Part shown: piece after piece, positions 1-11,809 of the stretch | Layout: the number at the start of each line of letters is the position of its first letter | How positions within the stretch are numbered: position 1 is the stretch's first letter | Origin: Antechinus flavipes | Taxonomy: Eukaryota | DNA: 64,000 bases | Direction: 5' to 3' | NCBI RefSeq assembly: GCF_016432865.1 | Contig: NC_067401.1 | Span: 744,001 to 808,000 of the forward strand | Notes under the pieces: generated by a model | The model's input: only the letters and a program-made list of their open reading frames with translations | What the model was told of the DNA's origin: nothing | The model's database searches: none | Translations under genes and position numbers: made by a program

Positions 1-2240
1 TCGTTTGTTGCCAGGACGGGTTGAAGGATTACCAAGCCCTAGTCACCCAGCAGTCCAGGCAGATAGCATGAGCACAGAGGGCGTTGCGGCCCCTGAACTG
101 CTGAGGAGGCTGGAGCTCTCAGAGCACAGGGGCCTCACCCACAGCCGGGCAACTCAGCAGTGAGCAAGCACCAAATGCTTATGGCCCAGTGTGCTGGCAG
201 GGCCCTAGACACTCAATGCAGCGGGCTCACCAGCCCATCCAGTGCTGCCTCTGCAGCAGCCTGTACTTTCTTGAATGAATTTTCAGGCCATGACACCTGT
301 GGCTCACATGTCCGCAGAGGCAAAGGTGTCTGAGCATGGGACCCACCTGAGGTACAAGGGAAAAGAGGAAAAAGCCCCATGCCAGCAGTCTTGCCGACAG
401 TCATGACTAACACAAGAGAAATGTGGCGCTGGGCAAGGATATCCCGGGCCCTGTTGTCTCCACCACAAGTCCTCAGGGATTCTGGCCCTGGAAAAACACT
501 TTGGCCATGGTAGAAAGGCCCTGCAGGAGTAAGATCTGAGGTGACATTTCCCACGGCAAGGACAGGAAGAACTGTGTGGCGAGGAGCTCTCCTGAGACTC
601 CAATCAGGGGCTAAACAGCCACAGGAGACCCCTGGGAAAGGTCAGGGTCAGAAAACGCTCCTGCCTGCCAACTATCACAGCCTCTCTCTGGCCACGAGGT
701 CACGCATGGCAAGTCACAAGAGGAACCACAGTCCTCAGAAAGCTTGGCTTGGGTCCCTCCTCCACTGGAGGCATCGACTAGCTTAAGAGCATGGCCTTCA
801 GCAAGTCATCCCCCCTGATTCCTGGAGACGCCCAACAGAGGTCAGAACGTGCCATGAGAGCCCATCCCCTCAGGCCACCTTCCCTTGCTTGGAATGACTG
901 CTTCTGCCCCTCGGGGTCAACCTTGAAGAGCCACCTACTGATCCAAGTCTGCCTGGCACGAGCGCCCTTTCCATCACTTCCCGAGTGCCCGGCTGTTCCC
1001 CCGGTCATGGGAGGACCTCTCGGCAGAGGGCCTGGGAAGCGCGACTGTTGGCATGGTGGTTACGGGGCTGGCACGAGCTCGAGTCGCAGAGGCAAGCCCG
1101 TCTCTTTTGGCCCAGCGGCAGACGTTCTTCCTACGCATTCCCTTGGCATGCTCCAGAGACCTAGTTCCAGGAAAGGCCCGCAGGGAGCCCACTGCCCTTT
1201 TTGCCTGAGATGGGAGGCATCTTCTCCACGCCCTGCTCATCTCCCCATTGCTACCCGACTCCCTGCGCTGAGAAGCACTGGCTGTCCCGTTGCTGGCCGC
1301 ACACGGCACAACCGAGGGCCCCAGAGCCCTCCAAGTCCCCCCGTCCACCCCCCAGCAAGGCCGCCGCGCTTCCTCCGACAGATTTCTGCGGAGACGTGTG
1401 CCCGGGAATGCCCACCGGCTAGCGGCTCCCTCCAGTCCCGCTTTGCATCGCGCTGTGCCGCATCTCCCTGGGGGTGAAAAAGCTCCCTGAAAAGCCCCCC
1501 GGGACCTCCCTGCCCACAGGAACTAGCTCCCATTCAGACAAGAGCACCCGATCACACACGCGCGGACACCTCTGCCCCCAGCGCCGCGGCACCGAGCGGT
1601 GGCGCCCCCACGGACGCTCCTTGCAGGCGACGGGTTCCAGGCCTTCATTCCTTTTGCCTGCTGGCCCCTTTTCCCCCTGCACTAAAGCCAAACCCACTGA
1701 CTTCCTTTCAGCCTCACGTTTGGCATTAGTGACCCAACAGAACCCAAGGCAGGGTTCCTTCATCTCAAACCCTAGCACTTTCCCCCTTCCCCCCATACAC
1801 ACACGCACACGCACACACACGCACACTGACAAGACTCCTACACACACAGAAGCCAGCAACAGCACAGTCAGACTCACACAGCTAGAGGTGTTTTTGGACT
1901 GATGGCCGTCACCCGGCTATGTCACCATCCCCTAATGATTGGCTTCTGAGGGAAGCGGCCACAAACAACAACAGGGAAGAAGGTCCGGTCTTCCCTTGGG
2001 CCGTCCTCCTGGCAGGAGGGATATAAAAGCCCACCAGGCTAGGGCACCTTCACACGCAGCCCCACAACCTCACTCACACTCACACCCACACGCACATCCC
2101 CACACCCACATCCACACATCCAGACACCAGCCCCATCCCAGTGAGGCTCCAGCCCCTCCCTGCATCAGGCACTCGGCCCCTCGCTGACATCCGTTTCCCA
2201 GTCTTTGCTGCCCAAGGCGCCCCATCCAGCTGCTCCCAGC

Positions 2241-3275
2241 ATGGCAGACACCTGTTTCTCCGGGTCCTGTGTTCCCACGGCCTCGGCCGTCTCGGTCTGC
2301 TCCAGTGACGTGAGCTGCGGCAGCAACCGAGTCTGCTTGCCCAGTTCTTGCACCGGCTCTTCCTGGCAGCTGGACGACTGCCCAGAGAGCTGTTGTGAAC
2401 CCAGCTGCTGCGGCCCCCCCTGCTGCCCAGCCCCGTGCTGCCCAGCCCCGTGCTGCACACCGGCCTCCTGCCTGACCCTTGTGTGCCGGCCTGTCTGCTG
2501 CGTGCCCGCCACCTGCCAGGCAGCGTGTGAACCCGGCCCCTGCCAGGCTGTCTGCACCTCCTGCTGCTCGCCATCCTGCTGCCAGCAGTCTTGCTGCCAG
2601 CCCACTGGCTGCGGGACTTCTTGTTGCCAGCAGTCCTGCTGCCAAGCCCCTTGCTGCGCTGCCTCTCCCTGCACGGTGCAGTCCTGCTGCTGCGTCCCCG
2701 TGTGCTGCAAGCCCAGCTGCTGCATCGCCCTGCCTGTGTGCTGCAAGCCCAGCTGCTGTGTGACCACAGCCTGTTGCCCCGCCTCCTGCTGCTGCCAGCC
2801 CAGCTGCTGCCGCCCGGCCTCCTGCGTGTCCCTCGTCTGCCGGCCCGTGTGCAGCCCGGCCTCCTGCTGTGTGCCCGTCTCCTGCAAACCCATTTGCTGT
2901 GCTTCCTGCTCATCCTCCTCATCTTCCTCTTCCTCCTCATCTTCTTCTTCCTCCTCTTCCTCCTCTTGCTGCCTCTGCAGTGCACCCTCCTGCTGTCCTG
3001 CCTCCTGCTGCTGCCAGCCCAGCTGCTGCCTCCCTGCCTCCTGCGTGACCCTCGTCTGCCGGCCCATGTGCAGCCCGGCCTCCTGCTGTGTGCCCGTCTC
3101 CTGCAAACCCTCTTGCTGCGCCCCCACGTCCTCCTGCTCTTGCTGCTGCGCCCCCTCCTGCTGTCCAGCCAGCACCTGCTGCCGCCCGGCCTCCTGCGTG
3201 TCCCTCGTCTGCCGGCCCACCTGCTGCAAACCCGCCTGCTGCGCTCCCAGCTGTGGCCAGAAATCTTGCTGCTGA
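2241..3275 (+). CDS. KRTAP10: Keratin-associated protein 10-like (copy A), 344 aa, single exon, ultra-high-sulfur, with a 19-Ser tract
   Basis: ATG 2241 (track ORF starts 12 codons earlier at a non-ATG codon). [34 protein letters not shown] and [14 protein letters not shown] motifs are typical of KRTAP10. TATAAAA 2022-2028, AATAAA 3604-3609. Symbol is family level only. Confidence 0.93.
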   Translation: MADTCFSGSCVPTASAVSVCSSDVSCGSNRVCLPSSCTGSSWQLDDCPESCCEPSCCGPPCCPAPCCPAPCCTPASCLTLVCRPVCCVPATCQAACEPGPCQAVCTSCCSPSCCQQSCCQPTGCGTSCCQQSCCQAPCCAASPCTVQSCCCVPVCCKPSCCIALPVCCKPSCCVTTACCPASCCCQPSCCRPASCVSLVCRPVCSPASCCVPVSCKPICCASCSSSSSSSSSSSSSSSSSSSCCLCSAPSCCPASCCCQPSCCLPASCVTLVCRPMCSPASCCVPVSCKPSCCAPTSSCSCCCAPSCCPASTCCRPASCVSLVCRPTCCKPACCAPSCGQKSCC

Positions 3276-4818
3276 CCACAGGCTGCTGCTCTCTGTCCCC
3301 CCGGCTGACGCCCCCTGTCTCTCGGGCCTGACTTTAACGGGCCTCCTGGATCCATCTTCAATCATCAGTCTCGCAACTGACCAGCCACTCCAGCCCTTTC
3401 TTGTGAAGGACAAGGTCCCATACACACCTCAGTTATTCGAGCCCATGGCTGCCTTAGTACCTGGTTTGGTGTACACCCAGCCCCCTGGTGCAGCTTCTGT
3501 CAGGCTCTCTCTAATCTCGTGCCTGTAACCAGGCCCACTGCTTGCAGCCCCCTGGCAGGCTCTCTCTATGGTCCTGGGATGGCCCTGACCATTCCCACCT
3601 GGTAATAAACACCATCAACTCACTTTCCTGGCCTGTCACTCGTCTTGTTTCCTCACCTTAGGCCCATCGTATGGGCGTGGCTGAAAAGCACAAATACCAC
3701 ACAAGACGGTCTGGAGAGCCCAGAAGGCTGCCCGAGATAGTAACTGAATGGCCGCACCAAGCACACAGCTCCCCGTGGTCACGCAGGGCCATGTCCTGAC
3801 CCATCCCTCTCCATCCCGTTTTAAGCCACTTTCACACCCATCAGGCTGCACACTTGGCTACCGTTCTTTTGTCCTGCCTCACAGATCAACTTCAGCGTGT
3901 CTACTTCAAGTGCGGGACACCCAGTGCACCCTGCCCCAGCATCTCCTCTAGAGCCTCAGCAATGGCATGAATTTAGCCAGAAAATATTCTTTGACTTGGA
4001 TGCCTCCGTACTCCTTCAGCCACACAGGCAGCACGTTCACATTGGACGGCCCGACTCTCACCAGAGCAGGCCTGGCACGTGGGAGTTCCCTTAGAGTGTC
4101 CCTGGCAGGCAGCCTCTGCACACCCAGCATTCAAGCAGCCTCCAGAATGTTCCACACAAACACAGCCAGCAGCCCCAGGACAATGTAACCCCAAACAATA
4201 TCAGGGCTGACCGTGAGCTGACTGACAGTTTCTATGCAGAAACAGAGAAGTCACAATGGGGAAAGAGGCCTTAACATTGAATCTGGAAAGGTTCCTCGCG
4301 CACTGCCACATGAACACACCTGCACATTCATATTCACAGAGTTGCCCTGCCATTCCTGTCCTCATGGGGACTCCCATTTTCCCTGCCAGGGAAGGACTCT
4401 GTCTTAGGAAGGGACCGCGTCCGCAAGAAGGGTCCTGAAAATGATATTGTCATGTGGCCCATGGAGCGGGCAGGGAGTATCCTTGGTCAGGGCCATGCTT
4501 TTGAGTGAGACTGGCATCCTCCAGTGGAGGGAGAGAGACCCAATCAGGAGGAAGTCCTGATTTGGAGAAGGATCTTTCCAGATCATTCTAAGGGAAAATT
4601 TGACAACTGTCTGCAGGGGTGTGGAGGGATATTAGCCAAGAGAGAGATGAGGCTTCTTGCCTTCTTCCCCCCAAGCACAGCCAGGAGAAGGATAAAATGG
4701 GGGACCTGCAGAGGCTCACATGTTTGATAATTCCTGAGTTACCAGTCACCCACTATTGAGACACAGGTAGCATTGTAGCCCCAGAAAGCCGGGAACATCT
4801 GGAAAGTTGGAGAGTGGG

Positions 4819-5658
4819 TGTTGGAATCTTTACAAACTGCAAACTCATTAGAGTTGATAAATTATTGATCTGATCTTACAAGATGTTTTGGGCCAGAACC
4901 TGAAAGAAGGTACTAAGTAGAACTAATTTGTACAATGCTTGTGTTTACACTTTTACTCATCGGAGTTCACAAGTATGGGAGTTTCACAAAGTAAACTTTG
5001 TAACTTTGTGAATTCACACCTCCCTTGAAGCTCTTAGGGCCAGAGAGAAAACCCATAATCCCTCTCTCTCATATCCCACAATTCCTCCCTCTTGTATAAA
5101 AGAAACAGACAGAGGCTCTCGGTCAGATTTCAGCGGAATTACGCCAGAAGCTCTCTCTCCGAGGCAAGAAGGAATATTTTCCACTTGGCTGGCTGGTGGC
5201 CGAAGAAAGAGTTTTCAGAGGAAGAAGCTACGAGTCGAGAGTTCAGCGGACAACCAGATTCATCTTCATCTCACACCACTGTGGTTGGTGGCTGGGCTCC
5301 TGCACTCCCCCCACTGAGACCAAGCTGGTCTGAAAGACTCACCAGAAAGCTGGCCGAGCCCCAGGTGAAGGAGACAAGAGATTCATTCCATCTTTATGCT
5401 GGCTGGAGGCAGAAGAAAGCAGAGGCAGAGGCTGAAGGACAAAACCCTTGGATTTGGAGACATTCGGAGGGCTCTAAGCTAACCGGGCTATATTAGAGAC
5501 AATAAAAGATCTGAACTTTTATCACCTGGCTGCGTTTTGAGGTGATTATTACTTTCAACTGATACTAAAGCTGCCTCCAAGAAAACCTCCCCGAGAAACT
5601 TGCACCTCTCTCCCAGAGAGAACTATTCTACTTATTTTTAAAAAAGAAGATCACTACA
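4819..5658 (+). mobile_element. Solo LTR (ERV, 6-bp TSD)
   Basis: TG...CA termini; identical AGTGGG at 4813-4818 and 5659-5664; TATAAA 5095-5100, AATAAA 5501-5506; second copy at 23358-24629. Confidence 0.88.
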
Positions 5659-5689
5659 AGTGGGCTCTTCACAAGCATTCAGGAAACTC

Positions 5690-6170
5690 TCCTGCCTGTC
5701 AGGGGCAGCATCCAAGGACAAGAGGGAGACAGTCTGGTCTCGGGGAACTTGCAGCCTACCAGGGAAAACAGGATGAAGACAGAGCAGACAATACAAGGTC
5801 ATTTCAGAAGGACAGAGGGGGCTGGAATCTTCAGGGATCAGGAGGGGCTTAAGCCCTAACTTAGTCTCAAAGCAAGAAGGGAGGGAGAGTCACTTAGGCA
5901 AGGGGGGGGGGGGATTTGGGCAAAGGCATGGAGGTGGGAAATGGCATGTTGTTTATAAGGCACAGTAGGCAGGGTAGTCTGGCTGAAAGAGAATGTGATA
6001 AAGGAGGTAATATGGAAAGAAGCTTGAAAGCTGGGAAAGACTCAGCCAGTGGACTTTTCACTTGTATTTTCAGAAACCACTGAAGCCTTATGAGCACAGG
6101 GGGCAGGGTGTGGATGGCATCTCCAAACCTAAAAATGGCACTTTTCAATTTAGGTCCAGAAAAAGGGAAT
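5690..6170 (-). mobile_element. Old L2 fragment (approximate)
   Basis: Degenerate purine-rich L2-type sequence (aaaggcatggaggtgggaaatggcatg...); recognised by eye. Confidence 0.5.
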
Positions 6171-6441
6171 GACCTTTCCTCTAGGACGGCTCTCTCTCCC
6201 TGTGATGTTTGGTCCAGGACAGTATCCTAGCTACAACACACATGCCCAGGGGACCACTGAGCATTCCACTCACTCAGCAATCCTGAAACTCCCTATGACC
6301 TAACAGGAAGAGGTCCAAACCCCGAAATTTGGAAGGTTACACCCCATTCCCCTTGCCACTGGATACATTAAATACATTAAATATTTGGGTCTAGACAATC
6401 TTAGAGAAATGAAGAAAACACCAGAAAGGGGAGGCTTCCTG

Positions 6442-6449
6442 CTTTGAAG
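6442..6449 (+). promoter_or_regulatory. HK-1/LEF1-type motif CTTTGAAG upstream of a KRTAP12-like gene
   Basis: Exact CTTTGAAG about 280 bp upstream of TATA 6723; the motif is known from hair keratin/KAP promoters. Confidence 0.5.
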
Positions 6450-6666
6450 ACTCACCCAAGAGCTCTAGGAAGAAGGGGGAATCATTATGAAGACATAATT
6501 AAACAAAGAGAACAGTGACCTCAGAGGAGACCCAAATTACAAGTAACAATCTGATGGTCTAAGAAACACTGGACAAGGATCTATTCAGGAGATTAATAAG
6601 CTGGGAGGAGGAAGAGTAGGAGGAGCAACAGGAAAGAAAACAGCTTCTATTTGTTATGGTACAGAT

Positions 6667-6667
<1 letters not shown>

Positions 6668-6711
<44 letters not shown>
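6668..6711 (+). repeat. (CA)22 microsatellite ending 11 bp upstream of the TATA box
   Basis: Direct reading; TATAAAA 6723-6729. Confidence 0.97.
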
Positions 6712-6716
<5 letters not shown>

Positions 6717-6816
6717 GAGGAGTATAAAAGCCTTGGGCAGAGGGGAAGGAGCACTCCAAATCCATCCCTCCTCCCACACTCCTCTCCTGAAAATCCTCCC
6801 CACCCACCCACCCACC

Positions 6817-7278
6817 ATGTGCCACACCAGCTGCTCCCCTGGCTGCCAGCCCACCTGCTCCGTGCCCATGTGCTGCAAGCCCATCTGCTGTGTCCGTCCT
6901 TGCTGCCGCCCGGCCTCCTGTGTGGCCCTGCTGTGCCGCCCAGCATGCCCTGTGGTGACCAGCTGCCAGGCAGTCTGTGGAGCTGGCAGTTGCTCCCCCT
7001 CCTGCTGTGTGTCCAGCCCCTGCCAGTCCAGCTGCTGCCAGGCTAGTCCCTGCAGCCCTGTCTGCTGTGTGTCCAGCCCCTGCCAGTCCAGCTGCTGCCA
7101 GGCTGGTCCCTGCCAGTCCAGCTGCTGCACGCCTGTCTGCTGCAAACCTGTTGTCTGTGTGCCTGTATGCTGCAAGCCTGTAGCCTGTGTCACCACTTCC
7201 TGCCAGACTTCCTGCTGCCAGCCAAGTTCCTGCACCCCCTTAGTCTGTGGACCCTCCTGTTCCCCCTCCTGCTGCTAA
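6817..7278 (+). CDS. KRTAP12: Keratin-associated protein 12-like #1, 153 aa
   Basis: CCACCATG Kozak; MCHTSCSPGCQPTC N-terminus and CCKPVVCVPV..SCCQPSSCT..PSCC C-terminus; TATA 6723-6729, AATAAA 7570-7575. Confidence 0.92.
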   Translation: MCHTSCSPGCQPTCSVPMCCKPICCVRPCCRPASCVALLCRPACPVVTSCQAVCGAGSCSPSCCVSSPCQSSCCQASPCSPVCCVSSPCQSSCCQAGPCQSSCCTPVCCKPVVCVPVCCKPVACVTTSCQTSCCQPSSCTPLVCGPSCSPSCC

Positions 7279-8664
7279 GGAAGAGTCCTCCACGACATCT
7301 AGTTAAATTAGCCTGGAAGAGGTGCCCACGGCTTCATTTTCCACTCCACTGAAGCAAGCCCTCTCTGGGCAACCAAAGCAAGTACCATAAAGGGACCTTA
7401 GATGATTGGTGACCTCGTTGGAGCTCAGGGCAAAGAGATCCCTGTATGCAAAGTCTCCGTCTCCCTTCATTGCCTACAATGATGGACAGCTCCCTCTCTG
7501 ATGGAGGAACAGTTTGTTCAGTGGGCCCTTGCTCCCTTGTAATGGGAATCTAGGCACCGGCATCAGCCCAATAAAGGCCTGGAATCCATCCCAGACAAAC
7601 TGAGTCCTCAACTTCTTTTTGCTCCTTGGGTATCTCAAGTCAGATAGGAATAATAGCCAGTGAAGCGCTGCCCACTCTGACTCACTGCTTATGTCACACC
7701 AGTGGTGGTGGGAGGGGAGATGCTGCTGACCCCCAGTTTCTTGTAGCTGATGCGCCACTTAACTCTCATTGACCTCAACTGATTTATTGACTTTGTCTCC
7801 GAGCAAAACTGAAAATGAATAATCCGAAATCCCACCTCACTGTCCAGGAATCTATGTTCTAGTTCTCTTTCTGGGCCTTTCTTGAGAATTGTCGTAAGGA
7901 TATCACGGTATGTTCACTCCACTGCATCTGTCATTTAAGATTCAGGAATGGAAGAGATCATAGAGTCAGCAACTTTCCCATTTCATAGACAGGAAAGCTG
8001 AGGTGGCTTTCCCCTGAGCCACGGCTGCCTGCTCTGCAGAGTTCTCATTGAAGACAAATCTGTAGCTCCCACCCAACATTTGAATGCCTCTCCTCATAAA
8101 TCCCCAAATGTTAGCTAACGTTTTTAAGTAGTTTCCTTCAGGAAGTAGTGAAACAAGCAATGCAGCACTGTCTCATAGAAAGCCCAGAATCAGGGGAGGA
8201 AAAATCAGATTCCCAGAAAGCCTTGTGATGAACCCACGGAGCCGTCTCCCCCTGAGGAATCTAAGGGGAAATCGGAACAATGCCACAGGGGGAAATGGAA
8301 AGAATCTGCCGAGATGGATCAGAAACATCTTTCTATTCATGGCAGTGGGACCTCTGCATCCAGACTCTTGCCTCACGTCCCCAGTGAGCTGAAGGAAGAA
8401 AGAGAAGATCCACCAAAGGGCACAAAAAGTATGGCTGGTAACCAGCCTCGACCAAGCAAACATTCAGGAGCTATGTGGGCTTTACACTTCCCACAATCTT
8501 GGAGGGAGGAAGGGGATCAGTCCTCTAGAGATGGCGAAAAGTGAGGGAATTGACTATTATGGAGGGAATCACAAACATGAGTGTTCCAAAAGATGTCTAA
8601 GAAAACAAAAAACACCCCTCTCACGTTCTGATTAGCCATTTCTTCAAAACATTATGAGAATTAT

Positions 8665-9160
8665 TGACATGCACATATACATACATGTGCATTAGACTGA
8701 GCATATGTGCAAGTGTGTGTATGTATGTGAGAGTATGAGTGTGTGTATGTTTGTGTAAGTGTGACTATGTGGATGTGTGTGCAAGTGTGTAAGAGTGTGG
8801 GGTGTATGTATGTGTAAGAGTATGAGTGTGCATGAGTGTATGTATATGTAAAAGTATGAGTGTGTGTATGTGTTGTGAGAGTATGTGTATATATAATGTA
8901 AATACATAAATATATAAAATATATATAAATATTGTGAGAGTATGAGTGTGTGAGTATACATGTATGTAAGAGTGTGAGTGTGTGGGGGGGTGATGTGTGT
9001 GCAATAGAGTATGTGTATATGTGTGTATGTATTGTAAGATTATAAATATATAGTGAGAGTGTGTGTATGTGTATGTATGTGAGGATATGAGTGTGTGTGC
9101 ATAAGTGATTGTATGTGGGAGACTATGAGTGTATGTGAGAATATATATAGGTACAAGAGT
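8665..9160. repeat. Degenerate (TG/TA)n low-complexity tract
   Basis: About 500 bp of alternating purine-pyrimidine with recurring gagagtatgagtgtgtg units. Confidence 0.85.
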
Positions 9161-9629
9161 AGGTGTGGGTCTTCCTGACTCCAGGCCTTGTAGCTCTAGG
9201 CCCAGAACCACTCACATGCTTCTTGACTTGACAGCCCCTTGTAGTCTGGCTTCTCGCCTATCAAATTAGAGAGACCTCTGTCCTCAAGGATACCAAATCT
9301 AATAGTCTTTTCTCAGTCTTTTTTTTTTTTTGCTCCTTGGAATAGCAGAGGAGATGTTGAAACCCTTCCTTTGGTGCTGAGAAGGGCCATACCAGGGAGA
9401 GGCTGAAGTGACTTACATAAACAAGCTGCTAAGCTCCAGGACTGGACAGATAGTGGGCACATGCTGAGAGCTGTGGGAGAATGGAGAATGGTGAGAACAT
9501 CTAGGCAAGGCTCCTGAATACAGAGACACTAAACATTTCTAGCTAGACTAATGAGGCTCTGAGAGGCAGGGAGATATGGCAAGAAAAATGTGTTTAGAAG
9601 TCTCCATTTGAGGCTGGGGGACCTAGGGG

Positions 9630-10185
9630 TGTGAGGTGAGTGAGGAGACACTATGGTTATATGAGGAATAGAGAGATAAGGTGAAGAACTTACAGGAATG
9701 GATGAATTCTTTTTCTGTATTTTATTTTCATTATGTCTGTGTTTCCCCTATGACCTGTATATGTTCAGGCTCATATCGACTTGAGCCTTGGCCAGCTAGA
9801 AACATATTTACTTAACCTGAGCTGATGGCATTTATCAGTATTTGACATTTTTCAATATTTAGTTTATTTGCTTGACCACTATCTGCTGGATTAAACCTGA
9901 AGGCCTGATTTTCTGTTTCCTAGAAATCAGGAGATTTCGAGGAAACAGAAACCTTCCATTCCAATCTCCCCAAATAGCAACAACCAATTAGATACCTTCC
10001 CCTCCCCCTCTCAATGCTCTCTTACTTGTGATATAATCTCTTGTATAAAAGCTGTGTATCTTTCTCTTTTTTATCTCGAGATAGGACGGCTCATCCTCTG
10101 AAGGTTTTTAATAAACGACTTTTCTGCCTTCTATTGAGTGATCTCTGAGTAATCATTTTGGGTAAGGGTCTTCTACATCCTTCAC
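9630..10185 (+). mobile_element. Probable solo LTR (approximate ends, TSD not resolved)
   Basis: U3-like body, TATAAAA 10044-10050, AATAAA 10110-10115, U5-like tail ending ..CTTCA. Confidence 0.55.
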
Positions 10186-10782
10186 GGTTATAAGTCTGAG
10201 AATCTAGAAAAATAACTCTTCAACCTACTAGAACTTGAGTTCCAAGTCATCACCCATTGCCCTTGTATTGCCTACTCTTCATCCACTAGCCCCTGAACTC
10301 TTGGGTTGGGTACACAGAGAGGGTTGATAATCCTAGGAGTTTACACTCTTTACATTGTGAACACCCATCAACTATCAGCCAGGAGATATGATTAGCTCTT
10401 AGCAAAGACATTTGTTGAAATGGCATTGTAAAAACAGCAACTACAGTACATTCTGTCCCCTCAAACCCTGTAACTCTGGTGATACAAATGTCACACAAAC
10501 ATGTATAGCATTGATAGGAAGAATAGGTCAAGGCAGATTCCAACTCCTGGTATTGCAGTGCTTCAAAATTCTCTTCAGAGACCCTCCCTTCACTGACATT
10601 GTCCCATTCCACATGGGGCTCTCTTCTTTACTGATTGGAGTTCTAATCCTTGAAACTTCTTTTGAAAATGGCCTTTCTGCATCTGTATCTGTCTAGATCT
10701 GCCCTGGACTCATATAAATCCATGAATTCTCAAAAAGATGGATGGGGTATCTCCTATTCTGCTGCTAAATAGCAGGGTGCTT

Positions 10783-10823
10783 TTAGGGTTAGGGTTAGGG
10801 TTAGAATTAGAGTTTAGGGTTAG
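10783..10823 (+). repeat. Short interstitial telomere-type repeat
   Basis: (TTAGGG)3 TTAGAA TTAGAG T TTAGGG TTAG. Confidence 0.75.
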
Positions 10824-11285
10824 TAGTAGTAGCAACAGTAAAAGCAGCAATGAAAGTAATAGCAGCAATGGCAACAGTAGCAGCAGCAGCAGTAACAATG
10901 GCAACAGCAGCAATAGTAACAGTGACAGTAGCAGTAGCAACAGTAACAGCAGCAGCCACAGTATGACAGTAGAAGTAGCAACAGTAACAGTGACAGTAGC
11001 AGTAGCAACAGTAACAATAACAGCCACAGTATGACAGTAGCAGTAGGAACAGTAACAGTAACAGCAGCAGTAGCAACAGTAACAGCAGCAGCCACAGTAT
11101 GACAGTAGCAGCAGCAACAGCAATAGTAACAGTGACAGTAGCAGTAGCAACAGTAACAGCAGCAGCCACAGTATGACAGTAGCAGCAGCAGCAGCAACAA
11201 TAACAGCAGCAGCAGCAACAATAGTAGCAGCAGTAGCAGCAACAGTAATAGCAGCAGCAGCAGCAACAGTAACAGCAACTATGCC
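10820..11285 (+). repeat. Compound (AGC/AGT/AAC)n satellite with 68-74 bp higher-order unit
   Basis: CCACAGTATGACAGTAG recurs at 10956, 11024, 11092, 11166. Confidence 0.9.
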
Positions 11286-11809
11286 AGCAGAGCATTCATC
11301 ACAGCACATGGCCACCCCATCACCTCTTGGGGGTGGGGGGGTTTGTATCTTCACAAGCCTGCCAAATCTATCTTTCCTCTCACTATTACAAGCCACAGCT
11401 GCCTGAAGATCCTCTCCAAGCTTCTTTCCATTGCCCTGTGGACATCCCCTAAAACAGTTCCAAATGCTATTTGCATATTCAGAAAATAGTAACTCCCCCA
11501 CTGTTTCCTCTCTGACTTCACAGTGGGCTTTTTGTCCCTTCCGGGTTTCTCTTTCCTTTCCCTTGAGCCCCTCCCACTTCAGAATCAATGGAGTTTAGAG
11601 ATAATTCTCTTTTCTCTTAGAACCTGAGCAGGTGGCCATCCCCAGCTCTGCTCAATGCAAGTCAGCTCTCCAGGCATCCTCACTCACTCCACCTAACAGG
11701 TGGCCCTAACACAAGGAGAACAAAAGGAACTGAATTGATATTGGTGTGGTTGAACAGAATTGGGCAGAATTACACTTGTTCTCACTCTCCCAAAGGAATT
11801 GGAAGTTTT

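Noticed and set aside
791-1477. 228-aa ORF, with a 210-aa counterpart at 55105-55737
   Set aside because: No recognisable domain; the two near-identical copies differ by a frame-changing indel near the SPP run, which argues against coding constraint.
2070-3425. Long antisense Gln/Gly/Ala-rich ORFs and shifted-frame Leu/Pro-rich ORFs over every KRTAP gene
   Set aside because: Expected shadows of TGC/TCC/CCC-rich repetitive codons, whose other frames rarely contain stops; they lack their own promoter or poly(A) signals.
10710-11588. Poly-Leu, poly-Ser and Cys/Tyr ORFs as genes
   Set aside because: They are translations of a trinucleotide satellite; kept only as a low-interest observation.
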